A stretch of 64,000 nucleotides of DNA, from assembly GCA_964371255.1 (NCBI GenBank), contig CAYJKV010000001.1, forward strand, positions 99,140-163,139, given 5' to 3'. Positions 38,703 through 47,065 of this stretch are shown here, piece by piece; position 1 is the first letter of the stretch; every line of letters starts with the position of its first letter. A program made the translations under genes and the position numbers. The notes below the pieces were generated by a model, which worked only from the letters and a program-made list of their open reading frames with translations, did not search any database and was not told the DNA's origin. The stretch comes from an uncultured Candidatus Saccharibacteria bacterium. Its GTDB lineage: Bacteria; Patescibacteriota; Andersenbacteria; UBA10190.

Positions 38703-39644
38703 CTATGATTTCGGAATCGGCTGGTGGCATGACACTCGCGAGCGCATGTACTGCCATGATGCGTCGTTGGAAACGAAAAAGGCGACGATGTACAGCAGGA
38801 TGCCGCAAAACTTGCTTATTGCTACCGACTCGCCAAAGAAGAGCATTCCCGCGATCATGGTGGTAGAAAGATAGGTACCGTTCATGACCAGACTTTTGAG
38901 AGCAATGCCAGCACCGGATTTGTAGCTCATCACCTTGAAGGACCACATCGCCAGAACCAGCAAACCGACAACAAACGAGAACGCGTATATGCGCAGAATG
39001 TTGTTTGTGGTTGGCAGGATGATGGCAAACGAATTTAAGCATGACAAGGCAATGAGGCAACAGGCCAGTGTTCCGACACCACCCCAAAAGTTTTTAGCCA
39101 TGGGGTGAATCTGTTTGATCCAACGGGAAAGAAGTTCATTGACCACGCCGAGCACCATGACACCGCCTGACAACCATACCCAGGCAGGCAAGGAGAGTAA
39201 TTCCGTGAGGCTTGGCAGTCCCAGAACGACATAGCCAGCGAAAATGCCGAGGATGAAGCCACCCAGGGTGCGCAGACTAAAGCGGTCTTTGAAGACCAAT
39301 GAATCAATCACGGCACTGGGGAAAATCGCCAGAGTGATGATGAACGTGGAAACCCCGATACTGCCGTTGAAGCGTGGCAGAAATACGCTGAAAGCGAGCA
39401 CGGTCATAAAGAAGGCGACAATACCGAACGCTAGTGCGCCGAAAAGCAAACGTTTGTCACACCAGGTAGAGATACGGCGGCGACGCAGCACGCCATAGCC
39501 GATGGTGATTTGCACGAGGCTGATGATGAGCGCTGCCAGAACCATGTGTGCAAACAAAGTGCTGGCGTAACCGACTAACTTCTGCAGGATTTTGGTGAAC
39601 GTTTTAGTAAGTGCTTCACCGAACGACCATAGTACCCATTGCAT
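38703..39644 (-). CDS. DMT/EamA-family transporter-like membrane protein
   Basis: About 10 transmembrane helices in two repeats; FKDRFSLRTLGG and FFGESVAISKFCG repeat ends. Confidence 0.72.
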   Translation of the reverse strand: MQWVLWSFGEALTKTFTKILQKLVGYASTLFAHMVLAALIISLVQITIGYGVLRRRRISTWCDKRLLFGALAFGIVAFFMTVLAFSVFLPRFNGSIGVSTFIITLAIFPSAVIDSLVFKDRFSLRTLGGFILGIFAGYVVLGLPSLTELLSLPAWVWLSGGVMVLGVVNELLSRWIKQIHPMAKNFWGGVGTLACCLIALSCLNSFAIILPTTNNILRIYAFSFVVGLLVLAMWSFKVMSYKSGAGIALKSLVMNGTYLSTTMIAGMLFFGESVAISKFCGILLYIVAFFVSNDASWQYMRSRVSCHQPIPKS

Positions 39645-39920
39645 CGTAAAACCCCTGGAGGATTAGATGGCAAGTCCGTATCGTGTTGGTAAGGAACGAC
39701 TGCTAAAATTAGCAGATTTATAGGAAAGAACAAGAGTAAGTGGAGTTTTTCTTTGCTCAAGGTTAGGCGGGATTACAAAGAGTTTTAGAATTTGACGGAA
39801 TTGATAAATATTGTTACAGGTTAGTGTTGTGTAGATACGACAGTACGTTCACAATTTTTGGTTTTCAGGTAAATCAGACAGAACCGAGAATGTCTGGTTC
39901 TGGAGAAGGAGTATCGTACC

Positions 39921-41216
39921 ATGTCAACATTTGATCCGCCTCTCGAGGCTGCTGGCAATTCGACAGATGAGTTTGATCCTTACTATAAATGGCTATCAAT
40001 TCCACCAAATCAGCAGCCGCCTAATCTCTACCGTTTATTAGGGGTTGAACCATTTGAGGAAGATCGTGAAGTTATTAGCTGCGCAGTTGATCGGCAAGCG
40101 GCTTATGTCCGTTCCTGTAAACTTGGCCAGCGTGGCAATTCATGTGAAGATGTCCTAACTGAGATTTTTCAAGCGAAGGTTTGTTTGTTGGATCCCGTGC
40201 GCAAAGCCGAATACGATCAAGGGTTACGGGACCAACTGACCGTAGTCGTCAAATCAGGTGTGGCACAAGTAGGTATTAGACAAGCTGGTCAACCCAAGCG
40301 GCGCAAAAAGAAGAGTGTTTTGTGGGAGGTAACCAAGACGGTGTTGGGCGGTATTGGAGGATTATTCTTTGCCACCCTGATGCTGTGGTATGGCCTTGGT
40401 GTTGATCCGTTGGGTGTTATGGCGCCTAAGGAGCCCAACCTCTCTAAAGCTCAGGTCGAGGCAGTAGATCGTGACAATGCTGACCAGCAGTTAAAAAGTG
40501 AGCTCAAGAGAGCCCATCAAGAGGGGCAGGCAGCAAAACGTAAAATTAACAACCTGCAAACAGACAATGTGGGACAAGGGAGAAGCCTGGCAGGCAGACA
40601 GCAAATAAAATCAGCAGAGGACTTGGGATGGATAGACCTATTGAAATTGATCGACGTTAATAAACATGTCGTCGTTGGCAGATGGTCTCGTAACAAAGAC
40701 GGGGTAAGCACAGAACCGGCCTTAGGTTCCCGAATAACCGTTCCTAGTTTTTTAGACGGTAGCTATGAGATAAGCGTCGATTTTACCAAGCAGACGGGTA
40801 ACGAATCTGTTACTGTGATATTGCCTGTCCACACCACTAGCTGCGTTTTTTATCTGAGTGGGTGGGAGAATTCAGTCCATGGTCTAGGCCTTGTTGACGA
40901 AACATATCCTGGCTCTTGGCGGGAAAATTATGAATTGGCCAAGAAGTTCCTGATTGTCAATAACCAGCGTTACCGTTTGGATATAAGCGTGAATATCCAG
41001 AAGGACACTGTAACTATCGATACCCAGCTCGATCGAAAGCCGCTCTACTCTTGGCAGGGGAAGATTGATAGATTATCGATCTCCTCTTCTACAACTATGC
41101 CCAATCGTAATTCATTGGGACTGGGAGCTTCCCAGGGCAGGTGCACTTTCCATCGGGTGGAACTACGTCTTTTGGGGTCAGGCACTGGCGCATCGGTTCT
41201 TTCGAACCTCAAGTAG
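39921..41216 (+). CDS. Planctomycete-like membrane protein (J-domain-like N-terminus, transmembrane helix, coiled coil, beta-sandwich C-terminus)
   Basis: FDPYYKWLSIPPNQQPPNLYRLLGV...CLLDPVRKAEYD and WIDLLKLIDVNKHVVVGRW...SYEISVDFTKQTG...LSGW, recalled as Planctomycetota-type domains. AGGAG RBS upstream. Confidence 0.7.
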   Translation: MSTFDPPLEAAGNSTDEFDPYYKWLSIPPNQQPPNLYRLLGVEPFEEDREVISCAVDRQAAYVRSCKLGQRGNSCEDVLTEIFQAKVCLLDPVRKAEYDQGLRDQLTVVVKSGVAQVGIRQAGQPKRRKKKSVLWEVTKTVLGGIGGLFFATLMLWYGLGVDPLGVMAPKEPNLSKAQVEAVDRDNADQQLKSELKRAHQEGQAAKRKINNLQTDNVGQGRSLAGRQQIKSAEDLGWIDLLKLIDVNKHVVVGRWSRNKDGVSTEPALGSRITVPSFLDGSYEISVDFTKQTGNESVTVILPVHTTSCVFYLSGWENSVHGLGLVDETYPGSWRENYELAKKFLIVNNQRYRLDISVNIQKDTVTIDTQLDRKPLYSWQGKIDRLSISSSTTMPNRNSLGLGASQGRCTFHRVELRLLGSGTGASVLSNLK

Positions 41217-41379
41217 GGGAATGGAAATAGCTAGTACGTTACCCACATAAATTGCTGTGGGTTTTTTTATTGGTATAAGCAGTAAGAATACAGTGGCCGT
41301 TTGACGAGGATTGCTAAGGTGTTAACATGTCTGGTTCGGTGAAGGAGTTGTACTTTTGGGTTTTTGAAAGGGTTTAATT

Positions 41380-41568
41380 ATGAGTCGTTGGGATGATGAT
41401 GTGTTGAGAGAGGCGGCTAATTATGTCCATTATGAGCTTGGTAATGATCGGGATGCATACCAAGCAACAGCGCGACGGTTTTTGAATGACGACAGTACGG
41501 AGGCGCTGCAGGCAATCAACGACAAGGTGGTTGATTTGTTTGGGCATGATTATCGGGTGCGCTTTTAG
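41380..41568 (+). CDS. Small acidic helical protein (62 aa), paralog of 37394..37582
   Basis: Shares DD..L..AA..VH, RD.Y and QAIND.VV...G...R..F; has its own promoter-like sequence (TTGACG 41301) and a terminator at ~41608-41637. Confidence 0.8.
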   Translation: MSRWDDDVLREAANYVHYELGNDRDAYQATARRFLNDDSTEALQAINDKVVDLFGHDYRVRF

Positions 41569-41755
41569 TGGACTGCCTTTTGTCTTAGAGAAGTAGAACC
41601 CTTTGTCACCGTCTACCAAGCACCGTAGACGGTTTTTAAAAGTTGTGCCTAATCTTCGCGGTGATTGTTGTTGACATAGACTGGATAATGCAGTAGTTAG
41701 TAGATAGTTCTCTTTATGTTAGGTGTTTGGCAAATCTTCTCTGGGGAATGGAAAA

Positions 41756-41995
41756 ATGAATTGCAAACAAAAAGGTTGTAACAGCGATTTGAGTACAGGG
41801 CGGGAAATTCCAATTCGTACGGGTTGTGCAGCGTTTCGTCAGGGAATCGCGTGTCCAGCCTGTGGCCGGGTCCATTTCAGTGATGGGTTGCTTGTCTTCA
41901 ACCGACAGCACCATGAAGTATTTCTTGACGGTGATGACATGGTGAACCGCGACCAAGATGGAGTTGAGACAAGTCGGTTTCTGGTAGGCACCTGA
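41756..41995 (+). CDS. Small putative Zn-ribbon protein
   Basis: MNCKQKGC...ACPACGRVH; upstream TTGACA at 41671 and a downstream terminator-like hairpin. Confidence 0.6.
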   Translation: MNCKQKGCNSDLSTGREIPIRTGCAAFRQGIACPACGRVHFSDGLLVFNRQHHEVFLDGDDMVNRDQDGVETSRFLVGT

Positions 41996-42153
41996 GAACG
42001 TCGTGCTGCAGCCGCTTGGTCAGAACCCCTTCATCCTTTGACATGGCTTAGGGTGAGTGCGTTAAGGGTTCTTTTTTATTGTTGGCAAGATAGGTATGGC
42101 CTCAATTGAGAAGCGTCGGGGGCAATTAGCGCCGGAGTTAATGGGGTCTTGAT

Positions 42154-42182
42154 TTGACATTATAGGAAGACTCGTATATAAA
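42154..42182 (+). promoter_or_regulatory. Sigma70-type promoter of csrA
   Basis: TTGACA-17 bp-TATAAA. Confidence 0.7.
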
Positions 42183-42245
42183 TTTTACGGTTGTGTTCTT
42201 TTTAGATATCGGGACAGGATTCCATTTGGGCAGGAGGAGAAGATC

Positions 42246-42449
42246 ATGCTAGTACTCTCGAGGAAAAAAAACGAGTCGATTGTCATCAACGATGATATCA
42301 CGATAGTAGTTGTGGAAATTCGTGGTGACAAGGTTCGGCTCGGGGTCGATGCACCGAAAGAGGTTCCTGTGCACAGGCGCGAGGTATACGAGGCGATTCA
42401 ACGAGAACTCAGGGATAGTGAGGTTTTGCCAGAAGATGAGACTGGTTAG
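42246..42449 (+). CDS. csrA: Carbon storage regulator CsrA/RsmA
   Basis: [51 protein letters not shown]; AGGAGG RBS. Confidence 0.95.
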   Translation: MLVLSRKKNESIVINDDITIVVVEIRGDKVRLGVDAPKEVPVHRREVYEAIQRELRDSEVLPEDETG

Positions 42450-42573
42450 CTTTCTTCCTTTTGTGGGTTCCTGTCCGCGTCAGTAAATTTTACAAAATTT
42501 CCTGGCGCTTTTTTATATCAAATCAAGTTTGATGAGTTGTGCCTAGCTTTTGTGTCGTGGTTTGGCGGAGTGC

Positions 42574-42770
42574 TTGACATTCCTTGCTGGTTTTTGTTAG
42601 GTTAGAAATATGAATTTAGCACTAGCACAATTCGGTTGGTACAGCCTGTTTATGATGATTATTCTGTTCGTGATGAACGAACATGTGCTAGGTATTGATG
42701 TAAGCGCCTGAAGAATTAATAAATAGACCTTTACATGAGCCCCTAGCACATAGCTAGGGACTTTTTGTTT
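42574..42770 (+). promoter_or_regulatory. Promoter plus leader-peptide transcription attenuator
   Basis: TTGACA(42574)-18-TAGGTT, a 33-codon uORF at 42610-42711, an antiterminator 42683-42703/42731-42751 and a terminator CCCTAGC-ACATA-GCTAGGG followed by a T-run. Confidence 0.75.
42610..42711 (+). CDS. Putative leader peptide MNLALAQFGWYSLFMMIILFVMNEHVLGIDVSA
   Basis: The ATG sits 7 nt after the -10 box (leaderless), and the 3' end of the ORF covers the antiterminator strand. Confidence 0.65.
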   Translation: MNLALAQFGWYSLFMMIILFVMNEHVLGIDVSA

Positions 42771-42832
42771 TGTACCTTTGTACCTTTGAAAGTTAGGTTT
42801 GTGTGTCGTTATCTGAAAGGAGTGGTAAGAGT

Positions 42833-44173
42833 ATGGCTTCTGTGGGTTTGAATCTGACAGGCTTTAAGAGTGAGACAGAGGTTCTCGTCCAGATTGCTCG
42901 TGACCTTGGGCAGTACCACCGTGAGGGTAGGCAGAGTGATTTTATCAGGACGTTAGAGTCACTTGGTATGGATACCGATGAGGCACGGCAGTATTGGGAG
43001 GCGTTGTTGCCATCAAAGGAATGCAACGGTCAGTGGAGGCATGCACGCAACAATTCCGAGCTGGCAGGCTTGCTTGGAGTGCTTTTGGACGGCCAGAAGA
43101 TCTTGCGTAACCGCTTGCTCTATCGGCTGGTTGAGTGTCACTTTCCAGACATTCTGCAGGCTCGGTTTACGGGACTTTACCACTTGGGTGGCAAGGCCAG
43201 CCGAGGTAACCATCCTGAGCGGCGCATGGTCCATTTCGACAAGTTTCCTTTGGGCAGAGATGGTCAGTCAATGGCTGTTCACTACCTCTACAAAGGTGTT
43301 CAGCCGGCGCAGTTTGCCGCAGAGGTTATGAGGGCAGCCGTTCCATTGCAAGAGGTCTTGGGTGAGGCGTTGGGCATTAAGATGGCTGAGTTCATCTTTA
43401 ACCACAAAATGTTGATTCCTCCCCCGACGGTAGCACGGCTTCTAGCAAGAGTGATCGAAGCTGGTCAACAGGGGCAGTCTATCACTGTCGTAGGGGCTTT
43501 TTGTCCGGATTATGCCTATGAAGAAACGGGGAATCCACAGATTCCCTATCGTTACACCTTTGATGGCCTCGGCCAAGGTGTCGGACTAGTCGCTCAGCAG
43601 TTTGCGCGCATCGTGCCTGGCTTCTCTCGACTCCTCGCTGAGCTTGGTGTGTCGCACCAGATCGTGCTGGCGATTGGCGATTTCGAGGCTGATTCTCAGG
43701 CAGTACTTGACCGCGTTGGTGTTGATCGCAACGAATTTGTTCGGCGCTGCCAGGGTTCACTCGATGCGTTCCAACAAAGGATTCCCAACGACATTCCATT
43801 ACAGCTCGAGCTATTCGCAGCAGCTCGGGGTGGTGAACGGTTTCGTCGTTACGCGACTGAGGCCACTGCTCGGTTCCTGCAGGACGATTTTGGCCATATG
43901 GTCGATGTTTATCCCAGTCTGAGTAACGTTATTGCACGAATTCCTGCGCAGTACCAGACCTTTTACGAGCGTTGGTATAAGTGCGGTATGGACGATAAGC
44001 AAGTGCGTGGGATTGTCTTCGCTCAGGGGGGTGAATATTCAGCCATGGCTCGCATCTTCACCGAGGATTTCGGCAGCAATATTGTGGTTCTAGCTGGCGA
44101 CCGGCCTGAGATGCATCTCTTTAACTGTCTGTATCAGGCGGTACCAGCGTTGTGTGCCAAAAGAGCTTATTAA
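42833..44173 (+). CDS. Uncharacterised enzyme-like protein (447 aa, CPDY motif)
   Basis: Long ORF with AAGGAG RBS; beta-strand-led motifs ITVVGAFCPDY, IVLAIGDFEA and VVLAGDRP. Family not recognised. Confidence 0.75.
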   Translation: MASVGLNLTGFKSETEVLVQIARDLGQYHREGRQSDFIRTLESLGMDTDEARQYWEALLPSKECNGQWRHARNNSELAGLLGVLLDGQKILRNRLLYRLVECHFPDILQARFTGLYHLGGKASRGNHPERRMVHFDKFPLGRDGQSMAVHYLYKGVQPAQFAAEVMRAAVPLQEVLGEALGIKMAEFIFNHKMLIPPPTVARLLARVIEAGQQGQSITVVGAFCPDYAYEETGNPQIPYRYTFDGLGQGVGLVAQQFARIVPGFSRLLAELGVSHQIVLAIGDFEADSQAVLDRVGVDRNEFVRRCQGSLDAFQQRIPNDIPLQLELFAAARGGERFRRYATEATARFLQDDFGHMVDVYPSLSNVIARIPAQYQTFYERWYKCGMDDKQVRGIVFAQGGEYSAMARIFTEDFGSNIVVLAGDRPEMHLFNCLYQAVPALCAKRAY

Positions 44174-44190
44174 CTTTCTTCTCTTGTTCC

Positions 44191-44225
44191 CTGCCCGTTG
44201 TTATTCTAGACTACGGGCAGTTTTT
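44191..44225 (+). terminator. Intrinsic terminator
   Basis: CTGCCCGT...ACGGGCAG followed by TTTTT. Confidence 0.7.
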
Positions 44226-44241
44226 CTTTAATATTATATGT

Positions 44242-45363
44242 ATGAAATCTACCGCCTATTTACTCGTAGACGATCGTGGACCAGAGATACGACATCGCAG
44301 TGGTCTAACAGCTCCAGATAAATTTATTTATCTTGCACCCATGGACGGGGTGCCAGTAGTATTTTTTGATGCTCGGGAGTTTGGCATACAGAAAGAAAAA
44401 TTAAATCAGTTGAGAAATGGTGTTGTCATTAAGGCATTAGAACCCTATATGGCAAAAATACAAAAAAAATCCGCTGGGCCATTCGTCGCGACATTATTGG
44501 CAATATTAAAGGAAAACAAAATAGATAATCTATTAGTATCAGCATCGTTGCCTTACGTTATAGCTCATGAGTTAGAAGCAGCAGGGAAAAAACTTACTGT
44601 CTATTCGTACGAAAAAGAACGGGAACATAAAACTTCCCAAGAACTTAATTACATTATTGATGCTCAGCGTGTTAATGAACAGGCGTTCGAATTAGCCTGG
44701 AATATCTTGAAAGAAAGCAAGATAAGAAGAAATCGACTAATGTATCGTGAGCAAGTGCTTACTAGCGAACTGCTGAAATCGATCATCAGAAAATTTCTTT
44801 TGGATCAAGAGTTAGACTGTCCAGATGGTATTATTGTGGCTTCTGGTGACCAAACAAGTAGGCCGCATGATATGGGAGAAGGTCCGCTACTGCCGAATGA
44901 GTGCATTATCATCGACATTTTCCCGCGTTCAGAAAAAACAGGGTTCTTTGCTGACATGACCCGCACCTTTGTTAAGGGAGAACCAAGTGAAAAAATTAAA
45001 TCATTATTTACGGCGGTGGAGGCTGTTCAAAAAAAAGTTGCTGCCAGTATTGAAGTTGGAGATTCTTGTGCACAAGTTCATCAACTGACCATTAATGCTT
45101 TTGCTGACTTGGGACATCCTGCTTCTCATGAATGTGGCTTCATGCATGGCACAGGCCATTCATTAGGTCTTAGCATTCATGAAGGTCCTTACCTTAATGC
45201 TCATGCCGATCGCAATGTTGAGCCAGGAATGGTTTTTACTATTGAACCAGGGTTGTATTACCCGGATATTGGTGGGGTACGCATTGAAGATATTGTGATT
45301 TTTACAGCGGCAGGCGAGAAAAAAAATATAAATCATTTTGCTAAGCCTTGTTTTATACTATGA
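44242..45363 (+). CDS. M24 family Xaa-Pro aminopeptidase
   Basis: IIIDIFP, ADMTRTF, HGTGHSLGLSIHEGP, TIEPGLY, GGVRIEDIV. Start at ATG 44242. Confidence 0.92.
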   Translation: MKSTAYLLVDDRGPEIRHRSGLTAPDKFIYLAPMDGVPVVFFDAREFGIQKEKLNQLRNGVVIKALEPYMAKIQKKSAGPFVATLLAILKENKIDNLLVSASLPYVIAHELEAAGKKLTVYSYEKEREHKTSQELNYIIDAQRVNEQAFELAWNILKESKIRRNRLMYREQVLTSELLKSIIRKFLLDQELDCPDGIIVASGDQTSRPHDMGEGPLLPNECIIIDIFPRSEKTGFFADMTRTFVKGEPSEKIKSLFTAVEAVQKKVAASIEVGDSCAQVHQLTINAFADLGHPASHECGFMHGTGHSLGLSIHEGPYLNAHADRNVEPGMVFTIEPGLYYPDIGGVRIEDIVIFTAAGEKKNINHFAKPCFIL

Positions 45364-45710
45364 ATAAGTTTGTTTTTTCTAAATCAGACGCGACAAAATA
45401 CAGTATAGACGGAGGGAAATGTTATTTATATCCACATAGTTCTACTGGACGCCTATCGGCAGCCTTAGTTGAACAAGAAGGTCGATATCCATCGGATGGT
45501 TACCGTCAGAATGTTGTTTGCACGGAGGCAATATTCATCGTTCAAGGAGATTTTATTATTACGTTAAATGGTAAGATAAATAAGTTGAAACCACACGATG
45601 TGGTTTACATAGTTCCCGGCACTCCTTACGCAATAGAGGGCAAGGGGACTGTTTTTGTTTTTATTGAGCCAAAGTGGGATTCTACCCAAAACACAGCAAC
45701 TGTTGGGTGA
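45360..45710 (+). CDS. Cupin-domain protein
   Basis: EAIFIVQG...LKPHDVVYIVPGTPY; ATGA overlap with the peptidase. Confidence 0.8.
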   Translation: MNKFVFSKSDATKYSIDGGKCYLYPHSSTGRLSAALVEQEGRYPSDGYRQNVVCTEAIFIVQGDFIITLNGKINKLKPHDVVYIVPGTPYAIEGKGTVFVFIEPKWDSTQNTATVG

Positions 45711-45907
45711 TGGTGCCGATATGTGTAGCGGCGACGACCATGTACGGATCCGTGAGTGATTTGCGGCTAGGACTGGCTTTAAGGACGTTTGAGTCATTTG
45801 ATTGGGGAGGGATAGACACCGTGGTGGTGGACGGCTCCGGTCTTTAAGTTAGGCAGGAACTGGAAAAAACAGGTGCGTTGATAGTGTCTGACATACCGGT
45901 CCGCTAA
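45710..45907 (+). pseudogene. Interrupted, truncated glycosyltransferase-A-like gene remnant
   Basis: TGATG-coupled to the cupin gene; reads MVPICVAATTMYGSVSDLRLGLAL...TVVVDGSGL*VRQELEKTGALIV...*, with an in-frame TAA at 45845-45847. Confidence 0.5.
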
Positions 45908-46025
45908 TGGCGGGAGCGCACAATGGTTCTTTTTTATCTATAAAATATATATTGTGATAAAATCCAAATGTCAAAGTTCAAATATCCAGCCTGCGTAGAA
46001 GCTTCATCCATATGATATTCGTGAC

Positions 46026-46208
46026 GTGAATCCGCGGGTGGCGGTACCAATATATTTATATAAGTTTCTGAGCGGGCGGGAAGAATTGGAAAGCAGCACG
46101 ATGAAGCACTTACAGGAAAGTTACAAGCCTTATGTAAAAGAACTAAGGGGGGTGAGTGTGAAATATTTATTGCCCGGGGAAAGTTTTGAGTATGGGGGAG
46201 AGGAGTAA
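46026..46208 (+). pseudogene. Possible C-terminal remnant of an MBL-fold hydrolase
   Basis: NPRVAVPIY...KYLLPGESFEY resembles the P+.+VP+HY...L.PGE ending; no N-terminal part is present. Confidence 0.35.
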
Positions 46209-46472
46209 TCAGGCGATAATCATAAATATGATTACTGGCAGGAGGGGCAATGATCTGGAGAAAGTGGTTTTGGGTGGCAGGAAGTGTGCTTGACTGGGCG
46301 CTGAACTAGTTTTACGTTGCTTAGGCGGTATTTATTATAGTTCGTTTCACGAGTAAATAAGGAGGTTAACTGGCGCTGATTTGTCTTTCAGGGGGTTGTA
46401 CTTCCGGAAGGATTGGCTGGGATGGGTTTTGGCGGGAGTCTTAGTTTAATATCTGCAGGAAAGGATATTGTA

Positions 46473-46664
46473 ATGGGACACAAACGGCGACGACGCAAGA
46501 AACATCACAAGTGCGGACATAAGGGGTTCGGGACGTATTGTCATCGATGTGCAGAGGAGGGAAAATCGTTGGACGGTTTTAAGTCCGCTTCCGCTCTGCG
46601 CGCTCAAAGAAGGATTTCTGGGTCACGACGATCCCTTGCTTCTTATTTAGGCTTGGACTGGTAA
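46473..46664 (+). CDS. Small basic Zn-knuckle protein
   Basis: MGHKRRRRKKHHKCGHKGFGTYCHRC; AGGA RBS; terminator at ~46693-46718. Confidence 0.6.
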   Translation: MGHKRRRRKKHHKCGHKGFGTYCHRCAEEGKSLDGFKSASALRAQRRISGSRRSLASYLGLDW

Positions 46665-46737
46665 CGATGGATGGGCTGGGCACAGCTAAACAGCTTCGTT
46701 GTTTAACGAGGCTTTTTTATTTCTAACGTACAGGTTA

Positions 46738-47019
46738 TTAATCGGCGAGCTTTTCGAGCAATTCGCGTTTGGCGGCTTCAGCCTCAGCGCTGTCCACTGA
46801 ATCGGATGTATTCTGCTTAAATTCTCGAGCGACTTCGATAACGTCTCTTTCTGTGATGCCGCCGCCGCTGCGTTGGCGCAGACGTTTCATGATAGCTTTT
46901 TTGTCCTCGTTACTAAGAATACTGATGTTATTTAAGGCATGGCGGATATCCAGACGCGATAGCTTGTCTTTGTTGGAAGTGAAAAATAAGCCCATAAGGT
47001 GATATGAACTACCATACAA
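46738..47019 (-). CDS. Hypothetical small helical protein
   Basis: 93-aa ORF with protein-like amphipathic helices; start uncertain. Confidence 0.55.
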   Translation of the reverse strand: MYGSSYHLMGLFFTSNKDKLSRLDIRHALNNISILSNEDKKAIMKRLRQRSGGGITERDVIEVAREFKQNTSDSVDSAEAEAAKRELLEKLAD

Positions 47020-47065
47020 ATAAATAGGGGAGGTGACCAGAGGGTTTGGATTTATGGAGAAATCT

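Noticed and set aside
42833-45710. Single operon from the CPDY protein through the peptidase and cupin (biosynthetic cluster)
   Set aside because: A terminator at 44191-44225 and a shift to more AT-rich sequence separate the two units.
45845-45847. Stop-codon readthrough or alternative genetic code
   Set aside because: The interruption is TAA, and conserved genes (thyA, glyA, smpB) end in TGA, so code 11 applies and pseudogenisation is the simpler explanation.
35031-47000. Prophage
   Set aside because: No integrase, terminase, capsid, tail or replication genes recognised.
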